DNA of 24,000 nt, from positions 1,287,026 to 1,311,025 of the forward strand of contig NZ_JBFAAR010000002.1 in NCBI RefSeq assembly GCF_040639855.1. Direction: 5' to 3'. The DNA is from Actinoplanes sp. NPDC023714. Lineage in GTDB: Bacteria > Actinomycetota > Actinomycetes > Mycobacteriales > Micromonosporaceae. This document shows, piece after piece, positions 1 to 7,756 of this stretch. Positions within the stretch are counted from its first letter, which is position 1; every line of letters starts with the position of its first letter. A model generated the notes under the pieces. That model was given only the letters and a program-made list of their open reading frames with translations, did no database searches and was not told the DNA's origin. A program made the translations under genes and the position numbers.

Positions 1-1
1 G

Positions 2-1288
2 TCGCTGGTCATCTCCGGCGCCGGCGTGGCGCTGCTCACGGCGGTGGGGGTGCTCGGCTACGACGTGCGAATCGTGGGGCGGAAGGTGCCGGCTCTGCTG
101 GTCACCCTGCTCGCCGGCATCGGGTGCTGTGCCGCGCTCGGGGTGGCGCTGGCCTCGCTGTGCCGCACGGTGGCGGTGGCGCAGGCGCTGTCCCAGGGCC
201 TGCTGATCAGCCTGGCGTTCATCTCGGACGTGTTCATCGTCGGCGCCGACCTGCCGCGCGGGCTCGAGCTGATCAGCACGGCGCTGCCGCTCAAGCACTT
301 CGCGCAGGCCATGTCCGCGACGTTCGAGCCGGGGCCCGGGTACGGCTTCTCCCCCGTCCACTTGGCCGTCCTGGCCGCCTGGGCGGTCGCGGGAGCGGTC
401 GTCGCCCGTACGCAATTTTCCTGGCAGCCGGACGTGCGCACGCCGCCCGCGCCACCGCCCCCGGACGGCGCGTCAGCGCCGGGCGTGCTCTCCCCGCCCG
501 CACCGCGGGCCGGCCGCTCACCACTGCTCATAGTGTCCGGTCAGATCGGATACGCCGTCCTCGGACTGCGCCGGGACCCGCTGTCGGTCTTCTTCTCGGT
601 GGTGTTCCCGGCGCTGCTGCTGGCGCTGTTCCCCACGGTGTTCGGCGACGCGCCGGTGTCCGGAACGCCGATGGCGCACTATCTGTTCGCCGGCATGATC
701 ACCTACGCCACGGCGGTGGCCGCCTACGTCGACGTGCCGGAGGGGGTGGTCGGCGCCCGCGCGGCCGGGGTGCTCAAGCGGCTGCGCGGCACTCCCCTGC
801 CCCTGCGCGGCTACTTCGCCGGGCGGGTGTCCGCAGCGCTGATCGTCGCCCTGATCGCCACCGCGATGCTCGCGGTCGTCGGTCTCGGCTTCCTCGGCGT
901 ACGCCTGGACGCGGCCCGCCTGCCCGCGCTGCTGCTGGCGATCGCCGCCGGTTCGGTGTGCTTCGCGGCGCTGGGTCTGGCCGTCGCGGCGCTGATGCCG
1001 TCCGCACATTCCATCGTGGCCGTCACGCTGGGCACGCTGCTGCCGCTCTGCTTCGTCTCCGGCGTCTTCGTGGTCGGCGACCGGCCGCTGCCCGGCTGGC
1101 TCACCACGGTCGCGGACCTGCTCCCGCTGCGCCATCTGATGCGCGCGGTGCTCGCCGCCACCGAACCGGCTGCCGCCGGCTACGGATTCACGGCCGGGCA
1201 TCTGGCCGTGCTCGCCGGCTGGGCGGCCGCTGCCCTGCTGGTGGTGTGGCGCCGCCGTGCGGCACTGGCCGGTTCGGGCCCTCACTGA
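2..1288 (+). CDS. ABC-2 type transporter permease with two fused permease modules; 5' end lies outside the window
   Basis: The reading frame is open from the window edge (nt 2) to TGA at 1286-1288. The translation is strongly hydrophobic and multi-TM. The C-terminal permease motif occurs twice: LPLKHFAQAM...EPGPGYGFSPVHLAVLAAWAVAG (about nt 284-395) and LPLRHLMRAV...EPAAAGYGFTAGHLAVLAGWAAAA (about nt 1120-1235). The copies are separated by a Pro-rich linker (PDVRTPPAPPPPDGASAPGVLSPPAPRAG, about nt 420-520) with no stop codon between them. Confidence 0.75.
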   Translation, partial: SLVISGAGVALLTAVGVLGYDVRIVGRKVPALLVTLLAGIGCCAALGVALASLCRTVAVAQALSQGLLISLAFISDVFIVGADLPRGLELISTALPLKHFAQAMSATFEPGPGYGFSPVHLAVLAAWAVAGAVVARTQFSWQPDVRTPPAPPPPDGASAPGVLSPPAPRAGRSPLLIVSGQIGYAVLGLRRDPLSVFFSVVFPALLLALFPTVFGDAPVSGTPMAHYLFAGMITYATAVAAYVDVPEGVVGARAAGVLKRLRGTPLPLRGYFAGRVSAALIVALIATAMLAVVGLGFLGVRLDAARLPALLLAIAAGSVCFAALGLAVAALMPSAHSIVAVTLGTLLPLCFVSGVFVVGDRPLPGWLTTVADLLPLRHLMRAVLAATEPAAAGYGFTAGHLAVLAGWAAAALLVVWRRRAALAGSGPH

Positions 1289-1356
1289 CGGGACTATCGC
1301 CTCTGTCTGCCGGCCCGGGCCGAGCGTGCCATGGAGAGAGATTGGAGGGCCGTACC

Positions 1357-2268
1357 GTGCACAAGAAGATCATCGTCGGGTACGACGGCTCGTCCTGCGC
1401 CCGTACCGCGCTGGATTGGGCACTGCGGGAGGCCTCCCGCACCGCGGAAGCCGTCGAACTGGTCCACGCCGACGAGCGGCCGGCCTCGGCGCCCGCGCAG
1501 GTTCCGGAGCTCCGGCCGGACAGCCACGCCGAGCAGGTGATCAACGCCGCTCTGCAGAGCGCCCTGACGCACGCGGCCCGGTACCAGCCGATGATCGACG
1601 TGACCGCGACCACGGTAGCCGGTCACGCCGCGACGGTGCTGGTCGAGCGGTCCCGGCAGGCCCGGCTCATCGTGCTCGGCGCCCGCGGACACAGCGCCGT
1701 CACCGGCCTGCTCGGCTCGGTGAGCGCCGCCGTCTCCGCTCACGCGCACTGCCCGGTCGTGGTGGTCCGGGGCGAATCATCTGCATCCGCGCCGGTCGTC
1801 GCCGGCGTCGACGGCTCTCCCGCCGCCGCGGCGGTGCTCACCGTCGCCGCCGCGCAGGCGGCCCGGCGCAAGGTACCGCTGCGTGTGATCCGTGCCTGGA
1901 AGCCGGTGACCGGGCTGTGGGAGGAGACAGCCATGAACACCCACACGGTGACCGACGCCGAGCGGCAGCCGTTCGACTCACTGGTCGCCGTGATCCGGGA
2001 CGCGTTCCCCGATCTGGAGATCGACGCCGAGGCCGTCGTGGAACATCCGGCGGCGGCGCTGACGGCAGCGAGTGCGACCGCGCAGCTGGTGGTGGCCGGC
2101 AGCCGGGGGCACGGGGCGGTGCGCGGCCTGCTGATCGGGTCGGTCAGCCAGCACCTGCTGCGCCATTCCGCATGCACCGTCGTGGTCGTTCACGGCGGTG
2201 CCGAAGACCCTCTGACCCAGGGCTCGTGTACGGGTCCGGGCAACGACCCACCGAAAGGACAGTCATGA
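1357..2268 (+). CDS. Universal stress protein with tandem UspA domains
   Basis: GTG start at 1357 is preceded by GGAGGG at 1344-1349. Two Usp-like halves are visible: KKIIVGYDGS...GARGHSAVTGLLGSVSAAVSAHAHCPVVVV and PVVAGVDGS...GSRGHGAVRGLLIGSVSQHLLRHSACTVVVVH. The part of the 714-aa track ORF upstream of 1357 overlaps the permease gene in another frame and is Arg/Gly/Ala-rich shadow sequence. Confidence 0.85.
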   Translation: MHKKIIVGYDGSSCARTALDWALREASRTAEAVELVHADERPASAPAQVPELRPDSHAEQVINAALQSALTHAARYQPMIDVTATTVAGHAATVLVERSRQARLIVLGARGHSAVTGLLGSVSAAVSAHAHCPVVVVRGESSASAPVVAGVDGSPAAAAVLTVAAAQAARRKVPLRVIRAWKPVTGLWEETAMNTHTVTDAERQPFDSLVAVIRDAFPDLEIDAEAVVEHPAAALTAASATAQLVVAGSRGHGAVRGLLIGSVSQHLLRHSACTVVVVHGGAEDPLTQGSCTGPGNDPPKGQS

Positions 2269-2477
2269 GAGCACACGTCGGCGACCGCATCGTGGTGGAG
2301 GGCGTGCACCTCGGCGATGAGCGTCGCATCGGCATCATCACCGTCGTGGGCCACGACGACGGTGGCCCGCCCTACCACGTGCACTGGTTGGACAACGGCC
2401 GTACCACCCTGTTCTACCCCGGCCCCGAGTCCCACATCGTGCCGGGACACGGCAGCCCGCAGAGCGCGGTGCCATGA
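2265..2477 (+). CDS. Small DUF1918-like protein (70 aa)
   Basis: ATG at 2265 overlaps the USP stop codon (ATGA, 2265-2268). The translation MRAHVGDRIVVEGVHLGDERRIGIITVVGHDDGGPPYHVHWLDNGRTTLFYPGPES matches my recollection of the DUF1918 pattern (VGD...G...R.G.I.EV.G.DG.PPY.VRW.D.G...l.fPGPD). This was recognised by eye and not searched. Confidence 0.7.
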   Translation: MRAHVGDRIVVEGVHLGDERRIGIITVVGHDDGGPPYHVHWLDNGRTTLFYPGPESHIVPGHGSPQSAVP

Positions 2478-3100
2478 GGACGACCGCCGGAGCTGTTGGA
2501 TTGCCCATCGTGGCGCTCGCCTGCTCAGCGGGTGGCCTGCCCGCGCTGCAGCAGATCACGTCCGGACTGGCCACCGACTCGCCGGCCGCGTTCATCGTGC
2601 TACGCCATCAGGACCCGCGATACGGCGACCATCTCGCGGGCATCCTGCAACGACGCACACGGATGCCGGTCGCGTTCGCCCACGACGGTGACGTGCTGGT
2701 CCCCGGACGGATTCTCGTGGCGCCGCCCGGCTATCACACCCTGGTGAGCCGTGACTTCACCGTCGTGCTCGTCCGCTCGGGTGATCGGCCGCCCTACCGG
2801 CCCTCCGCGGATTTGCTCTTCACCAGCATGGCGATAGCCGCAGCCGGCAAGGCGATCGCGGTGGTGCTGTCCGGCTACGGCAACGACGGCGCAACGGGCG
2901 CGGCGGTCATCCATCACCTCGGTGGAACGGTCATTGCCGGCGACAAGTCGACCTCACCGGTCTTCGCCATGCCGAACGCGGCGATCAGCCGGGACGAGAT
3001 CGTGGACCACGTGGTGCCGGTCAACACCATCGCCCGTCTCCTGACCACGCTTTTCGCCTCGGGACCGTCCGAGTCGGTGGCAGCGGCGGCACCGCGCTGA
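2474..3100 (+). CDS. CheB-type protein-glutamate methylesterase/deamidase, catalytic domain only (no receiver domain)
   Basis: ATG at 2474 overlaps the previous stop codon (ATGA, 2474-2477). Motifs align with the CheB catalytic triad. IVALACSAGG contains Ser at nt 2525-2527. FIVLRHQDP contains His at nt 2606-2608. VLSGYGNDGATG contains Asp at nt 2885-2887. VAPPGYH, RPSADLLF and VFAMPNAAI are also present. At 208 aa there is no room for an N-terminal REC domain. Confidence 0.8.
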   Translation: MRTTAGAVGLPIVALACSAGGLPALQQITSGLATDSPAAFIVLRHQDPRYGDHLAGILQRRTRMPVAFAHDGDVLVPGRILVAPPGYHTLVSRDFTVVLVRSGDRPPYRPSADLLFTSMAIAAAGKAIAVVLSGYGNDGATGAAVIHHLGGTVIAGDKSTSPVFAMPNAAISRDEIVDHVVPVNTIARLLTTLFASGPSESVAAAAPR

Positions 3101-3141
3101 CGAAAAAATCGGAACAGGAGTGCTATTTCAGGAGGTTGGTC

Positions 3142-4431
3142 ATGAGATCAATCGGAAGCGCTGTGATGGCGTTGTCGATCGCCGTGTTCGGGTCGGTCGC
3201 CGCGACGGCACAGCCCGCCGGCGCCACCGGCCCGCGGACCGAGCGGGTCAGCGTCGGCAACCACGGACAGCAGGCCGCCGGTCGCAGCTTCATGTTCGCG
3301 CTCAGTGGCAACGGACGCTACGTCGCGTTCGACTCGTCGGCCGCGAACCTGGTCCGCGGCGACACCAACGGCGCCGACGACGTGTTCCTGCGCGACCGCT
3401 GGGCGCAGACCACCCGCCGGGTCAGCGTCGCGTCGAGCGGCACCCAGGGGGATCTGAACAGCTCGGGCCCGTCGATCAGCAGCGACGGGCGCTGGATCAC
3501 GTTCGTCTCGGACGCCACCAACCTGGTGCCGGGCGACACCAACGAGTCCTCCGACCTGTTCCTGCACGACGTGCTGACGGGTACCACCCGCCGGATCGCC
3601 TACATCGAGCCGTTCGGTGACCGCGACCGGCCGCTGTGGAACGGCGCCATCAGCGCGGACGGGCGCAGTGTCGTGCTCTCCGCGGCGGATCCGCTGCTGC
3701 CGCAGGACACCAACGAGCAGGAGGACATCTACGTCATCGACCTGCCGGACGGAAAAATCAGCATGATCACCCCGCCGGAGGCGAACGGCTCCAGCTACTG
3801 GCAGGACGTCAGCGCGACCGGCCGGTACATCGCGTTCGCGTCCTGGGCCGGCAACCTCGTGCCCGGCGACACCAACGACACGCTCGACATCTTCCGGTAC
3901 GACCGGGCCACCGGCGTCACCGTCCGGGTCAGCCTGACCGCCGAGGGCCGGCAGATCGCCGGACGCAGCGACGGACCGTCGATCACCGCGGACGGGCGTT
4001 ATGTGGCCTTCACCTCGGAGGATCCCGACATCGTGCCGGGCGACACCCACCCGGGCGCCGACGTGTTCCTGCGCGACCTGCGACGCGGCACCACCACCAT
4101 GGTCAGCGTCACTCCGGCGGGCACTCCGGGCAACGACACCAGCAGTTCGGCGGACATCAGCCCGGACGGCCGTCAGCTCGTGTTCGGATCCGGGGCGACC
4201 GATCTCGTGGCCGGCGACACCAACTCCTGGTACGACGTCTTCGTGCGGGATCTGCGAACCGGCCGGACCTCCCTGGTCAGCGTGTCGACCACCGGCACGC
4301 AGGGCGACTTCGGCGGCGAGAACGGCGCCATCAGCACCGACGGCCGGCACGTGGCGTTCACCTCCGGCTCGTCCGACCTCGTGCCGGGCGACACCAACGA
4401 CAACCTCGACGTGTTCGTCCGCGATTTCTGA
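3142..4431 (+). CDS. Secreted 7-bladed beta-propeller protein (TolB/PD40-like repeats)
   Basis: AGGAGG at 3130-3135 lies 6 nt before ATG at 3142; the TTG at 3136 used by the track is less likely. The signal peptide MRSIGSAVMALSIAVFGSVAATA|QP has an AxA cleavage motif. Seven consecutive repeats of about 58 aa carry the consensus S.DGR.vaF.S.A.NLVPGDTN...DvFvRD. Confidence 0.8.
   Translation: MRSIGSAVMALSIAVFGSVAATAQPAGATGPRTERVSVGNHGQQAAGRSFMFALSGNGRYVAFDSSAANLVRGDTNGADDVFLRDRWAQTTRRVSVASSGTQGDLNSSGPSISSDGRWITFVSDATNLVPGDTNESSDLFLHDVLTGTTRRIAYIEPFGDRDRPLWNGAISADGRSVVLSAADPLLPQDTNEQEDIYVIDLPDGKISMITPPEANGSSYWQDVSATGRYIAFASWAGNLVPGDTNDTLDIFRYDRATGVTVRVSLTAEGRQIAGRSDGPSITADGRYVAFTSEDPDIVPGDTHPGADVFLRDLRRGTTTMVSVTPAGTPGNDTSSSADISPDGRQLVFGSGATDLVAGDTNSWYDVFVRDLRTGRTSLVSVSTTGTQGDFGGENGAISTDGRHVAFTSGSSDLVPGDTNDNLDVFVRDF
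3238..4428 (+). repeat. Seven tandem coding repeats (propeller blades) of about 54-58 codons inside the propeller CDS
   Basis: The DNA motif ggcgacaccaac, or a close variant, starts at 3358, 3532, 3703 (caggacaccaac), 3865, 4039 (ggcgacacccac), 4213 and 4387. The spacings are 174, 171, 162, 174, 174 and 174 nt. The protein ends exactly at the end of blade 7 (VFVRDF*). Confidence 0.75.
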
Positions 4432-4500
4432 GCGACATGCGAGCCGGTCGGCGCTACCGGGCGACTGGCCCTCCGTGTGATGTGCTGGAAAGGTGGAACG

Positions 4501-4857
4501 GTGCCCACACCTGAGGAGTTCTTCGGCGGCGAACCCACCGGATTGGCGATCTACCGGGCAGTCCGTGAGGTCGTCGAGTCCCTGGGCGCCGCCGAGGTGA
4601 GGGTCGGGAAGTCGCAGATCGCGTTCCGCAGGCGCAAAGGGTTCGCCTACGTCTGGCGGCCGGGGAAGTACCTCAAGTCCGACGTTCCGGCGGTTCTGTC
4701 GTTCGGCTTGCCGTCCGAGTTGCACTCACCGCGATTCAAAGAGGTGGCGCACCCCGCAGCCCGGGTATGGATGCATCACCTCGAGTTGCGGGAACCGGGT
4801 CAGGTCGACGCCGAGGTGCGCCGCTGGCTCGCCGAAGCCTTCGCGAAGGCCGCCTGA
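4501..4857 (+). CDS. Small conserved hypothetical protein, DUF5655-like
   Basis: GTG at 4501 is preceded by GAAAGGTGGA (4488-4497); the track start at 4477 is an alternative. SQIAFRRRKGFAYVW...RVWMHHLELREPGQVDAEVRRWLAEAFAKA resembles the DUF5655 pattern as I remember it. This was not searched. Confidence 0.55.
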   Translation: MPTPEEFFGGEPTGLAIYRAVREVVESLGAAEVRVGKSQIAFRRRKGFAYVWRPGKYLKSDVPAVLSFGLPSELHSPRFKEVAHPAARVWMHHLELREPGQVDAEVRRWLAEAFAKAA

Positions 4858-4870
4858 ACCGGCCGTGCCG

Positions 4871-5791
4871 TCAGCGGCCGGCCTTGGTCCGGGAGAGCAG
4901 GAAGTCGGTGACGGCCGGGGCGAAGTCCGGACCCCACCGGGGCACATGGTCGCCGCCCTCGATCGTCCACGCCTGCACGGTCGACGCTCCCTCACATCCG
5001 CGCTGGTAGATCCGTACCGACGTCTCGGCGCCCGGCAGGCCGGGGACGAGGTCGAGCCGGGCGCCGTCACGGCCGAGTTCGGAACACCGGTCGTAGCCCA
5101 CCCACTGGGCGACCGTGGTGTCCGCCGAGGGATAGGGGACGCCGTTGATGTCGCCACCGGCGAACGCGACGGTTTCATCGGCGCTGCTGTGAATGGCGAG
5201 CACGCTCACCGGTCCGGACGGTTCGCACCGCGCGGCGTCGTTCCAGCCGGCCCCGTTGAGGGAGACGATCGCGGCGATCTGGTCGGCGTGATCACAGGCC
5301 ATCCGGAACGTCATGAAACCGCCGTTGGAATGGCCGATCAGGTAGACCCGGGCAGGATCGATGCGGTAGCGGGCCTGCATAGTGGTGATCAGCTCACTGA
5401 GATGGCGCGAGTCGTCGGGCGCACGGCTGGAGAACGCGCAACACGCGTCGGTGGCGTTCCAGAAGCGATCACCGGCGGCGTCGGCCGACCCGTCCGGATA
5501 GGCGTAGACGAATCCCGTCCGCTGCGACTCGGGGATGAGCCGAAGATACGTCTCCAGCTCCTTCGCGTCGGAGGTGTAACCGTGCAACGCCACGACCAGG
5601 GGCGCGGGCCGGGCCGGATCGTAGGAGTCCGGGACGTAGACGGTGACATCCCGCCCGCCGACCTGCGCCGTGCCGCCGCCGATCGACGGCAGGGCCGGGG
5701 ACGGCTCGGTCGGCGCCTTCGGAGCACCACAGGCGACCGTCATCATGACCACCGCCGCGGCGGCCATGACGCGGGCGAACCGTTGCGTCAT
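4871..5791 (-). CDS. Alpha/beta-hydrolase esterase lipoprotein, PHB-depolymerase/LpqC-like family
   Basis: ATG at 5791 (minus strand) is preceded by GGGAGGTG. The N-terminus MTQRFARVMAAAAVVMMTVAC|G looks like a lipoprotein signal with a lipobox-like TVAC. The nucleophile elbow is YLIGHSNGGFM (GxSxG). LVVALHGY and YAYPDG are typical of this esterase family. Confidence 0.8.
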   Translation of the reverse strand: MTQRFARVMAAAAVVMMTVACGAPKAPTEPSPALPSIGGGTAQVGGRDVTVYVPDSYDPARPAPLVVALHGYTSDAKELETYLRLIPESQRTGFVYAYPDGSADAAGDRFWNATDACCAFSSRAPDDSRHLSELITTMQARYRIDPARVYLIGHSNGGFMTFRMACDHADQIAAIVSLNGAGWNDAARCEPSGPVSVLAIHSSADETVAFAGGDINGVPYPSADTTVAQWVGYDRCSELGRDGARLDLVPGLPGAETSVRIYQRGCEGASTVQAWTIEGGDHVPRWGPDFAPAVTDFLLSRTKAGR

Positions 5792-5993
5792 CGCACCTCC
5801 CGGGGCCGGGATGAGCATCCAAGAGTATCGCTGAAGTCACCTTCCTCAGGAACGGCGGCCCGGTCACCGTCTACGGAGCCCGCGCCTATGACGCCTCCCT
5901 CGAATTCCACGAGGAAGCGCTCAAGCGCGACAACGCCGCGTAAGCCGGCTCCGTACCGCGTCGGCGCCCCCGAACCTCGGCCCGCGCGGTCAG

Positions 5994-5999
5994 TAGACT
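5994..5999 (+). promoter_or_regulatory. Candidate -10 hexamer (TAGACT) giving a leaderless transcript for the Lon-like protease gene
   Basis: TAGACT fits the TANNNT pattern and ends 6 nt before the ATG at 6006. There is no Shine-Dalgarno sequence between them. This geometry is typical of actinobacterial leaderless mRNAs. Confidence 0.3.
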
Positions 6000-6005
6000 C
6001 GCCGC

Positions 6006-6767
6006 ATGAGTCGACCGGGTGTATCGCTGGCCGTGGGTGCGCTGGTCACCGCCGTGCTGGCGGCCGCGGCCGCGTTCGGGCCGCTGCCGTACGTCGTGGA
6101 GCAGCCCGGGCCGGCCGTCGACGTGCTCGGCTCCTACGACGGCGAGACGGTGATCGCGGTGACCGGGGCCGACGTGTCCGCGTCCGCCGGGAAACTGCTG
6201 CTCACCACGGTGCGGGTGCAGACCGAGGTGACGCTCGGCGACGCGGTCCGGGGGTGGTTCGACGACGACCGGGCGGTGGTTCCCCGCTCCGTCGTCTACC
6301 CGGACGGGCAGACCGGCGAGGAGACCGACGCGCGCAATGCCGAGCTCTTCCGGGGATCGCAGACCAGCGCCGTGGCCGTCGCCCTTCGTACCCTGAAGAA
6401 TCAGCCCGCTGAGCAGCCCGGCATCTCCTTCGGCGTGGACGAGATCGGTGGTCCCAGCGCGGGCCTGATGTTCACGCTCGGCATCATCGACAAGCTCACC
6501 CCGCAGGACCTGACCGGCGGGCGGATCATCGCGGGCACCGGCGCGGTCGGCGACACCGGCGCGGTGAATCCGATCGGCGGCATCCCGCAGAAACTGCGCG
6601 GCGCCGAGGCGGCCGGGGCGCAACTGTTCCTGGTGCCCGAGGGCAACTGTACGGAGGCACTGCGCAACGTCCGGCCGGGGTTGACGATGGCCCGGGTCGC
6701 CACGGTCGAGGAGGCGCTGACCGCGGTCGCGACGTTCACCGGCGGAGGCGTGCCGGAGCCCTGCTAA
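6006..6767 (+). CDS. Membrane-anchored S16 (Lon C-terminal domain) serine protease, YlbL/SdrC-like but without a PDZ domain
   Basis: An N-terminal TM segment is present (SLAVGALVTAVLAAAAAFG). GPLPYVVEQPGPAVDV and LLLTTV are YlbL-like. The catalytic Ser lies in EIGGPSAGLMFTLGIIDKL (Ser at nt 6456-6458) and the catalytic Lys in IGGIPQKLRGAEAAGA. Only about 20 aa separate the N-terminal region from the protease core, where a PDZ domain normally sits. Confidence 0.75.
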   Translation: MSRPGVSLAVGALVTAVLAAAAAFGPLPYVVEQPGPAVDVLGSYDGETVIAVTGADVSASAGKLLLTTVRVQTEVTLGDAVRGWFDDDRAVVPRSVVYPDGQTGEETDARNAELFRGSQTSAVAVALRTLKNQPAEQPGISFGVDEIGGPSAGLMFTLGIIDKLTPQDLTGGRIIAGTGAVGDTGAVNPIGGIPQKLRGAEAAGAQLFLVPEGNCTEALRNVRPGLTMARVATVEEALTAVATFTGGGVPEPC

Positions 6768-7729
6768 GGAACGAGCAGCACCTTACCGATCGCGGCCCGT
6801 GACTCGAGATAGCGATGGGCCTCGGCCACGTCGGCGAGGGCGAACACCCGGGCGATCCGGGGCCGGACCGTGCCGTCGGCGATCCAGGAGAACAGCTCGG
6901 CCGCGCGCTTGCGCCGCTCCACCGGGGTGGTGAGCACGTTCCACAGGTCTCCCCCGGTGAGCGTCAGGGAACGGTCCATCAGCAGCGACGGCGGCACCGC
7001 GGGCGGTTCACCGCCCGCCATCCCGAAGTAGACGACCCGCCCCCGGTCGCGGGTGGCGGCCAGGCTCTCCAGGATCGTGGTGCCGACGCTGTCGAAGACG
7101 ACATCCGCGCCGTGCCGCGCGATCGCGCGGACCCGCTCGACCCAGCCGGTGCGGCCGATCGCGGCGTCGGCGCCCGCGTCGAGGGCGGCCTGCTGCTTCT
7201 CCGCGGTCGACGCGACGCCGATCACCCGCCCGCCGCGCCGTTTGATCATCTGGGTGAGCAGCAGCCCGACGCCGCCGCCCGCGGCGTGCACCACACACCA
7301 GTCGCCCGGCCGCACCGGATGGCTGTCGTGGACCAGGTAGTGCGCGGTCAATCCCTGCAGGAGCACGCTCGCGGCGGTCCGCGCCGTGACCGTCTCCGGC
7401 AGTGGGATGAGCCTGCCGATCTCGACGGCGACGCGTTCGGCGTTGGAGTTCGGGTTGTCGCACCACGCCACCCGCCGGCCGGCCGCGAAGCCCGCCGCGG
7501 CACCAGCCGGCCCGGGGTCGGCGATCGTGCCGGCGCCCTCCATGCCGGGAATCCACGGCGCCGGGCCGGCCGGGGTGAAGCGGCCCTCGCGCCGGTAGAC
7601 GTCGGCGTAGTTGAGCCCGGCCGCCTCCAGCCGGACGATCACCCGGCCCGCGTCCGGGATCGGGTCGTCGGTGTCCTGCCAGCGCAGGACATCCGGGGTG
7701 CCGAAGGCGGTGTACTGCACGGCTTTCAC
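6764..7729 (-). CDS. NADPH:quinone oxidoreductase (zeta-crystallin-like MDR family)
   Basis: MKAVQYTAFGTPDVLRWQD...VRLEAAGLNYADVYRREGRF and the AAGGVGLLLTQMIKRRGG nucleotide-binding motif are present, with C-terminal GKVLLVP. The stop codon overlaps the stop of the convergent protease gene. Confidence 0.85.
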   Translation of the reverse strand: MKAVQYTAFGTPDVLRWQDTDDPIPDAGRVIVRLEAAGLNYADVYRREGRFTPAGPAPWIPGMEGAGTIADPGPAGAAAGFAAGRRVAWCDNPNSNAERVAVEIGRLIPLPETVTARTAASVLLQGLTAHYLVHDSHPVRPGDWCVVHAAGGGVGLLLTQMIKRRGGRVIGVASTAEKQQAALDAGADAAIGRTGWVERVRAIARHGADVVFDSVGTTILESLAATRDRGRVVYFGMAGGEPPAVPPSLLMDRSLTLTGGDLWNVLTTPVERRKRAAELFSWIADGTVRPRIARVFALADVAEAHRYLESRAAIGKVLLVP

Positions 7730-7756
7730 GGTGCCTCCTGTCCTGGTGCGAGAACG

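Noticed and set aside
124-1356. The upstream 410 codons of the 714-aa plus-strand ORF that ends as the USP gene.
   Set aside because: This part overlaps the permease gene in another frame and is Arg/Gly/Ala-rich. The USP homology begins exactly at GTG 1357, which has a GGAGGG RBS.
3358-4398. A 12-nt motif (ggcgacaccaac) recurring every 162-174 nt, superficially like a repeat-spacer array.
   Set aside because: The motif is in frame inside a CDS and encodes the GDTN segment of each propeller blade. The intervening 'spacers' are also homologous to each other at protein level, so this is not a CRISPR array.
3148-4725. A 525-aa minus-strand ORF, the longest in this part of the window, antisense to the propeller gene.
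   Set aside because: It is a shadow ORF typical of high-GC DNA. The translation is Arg/Gly/Ala/Pro/Val-rich low complexity with no motifs. The plus-strand frame encodes a signal peptide and seven clean blade repeats.
4859-4881. A short inverted repeat (ccggccg...cggccgg) between the convergent DUF5655-like and esterase genes, considered as a bidirectional terminator.
   Set aside because: The stem is only 7 bp, overlaps the esterase stop codon and has no U-tract. It is too weak to report as a feature.
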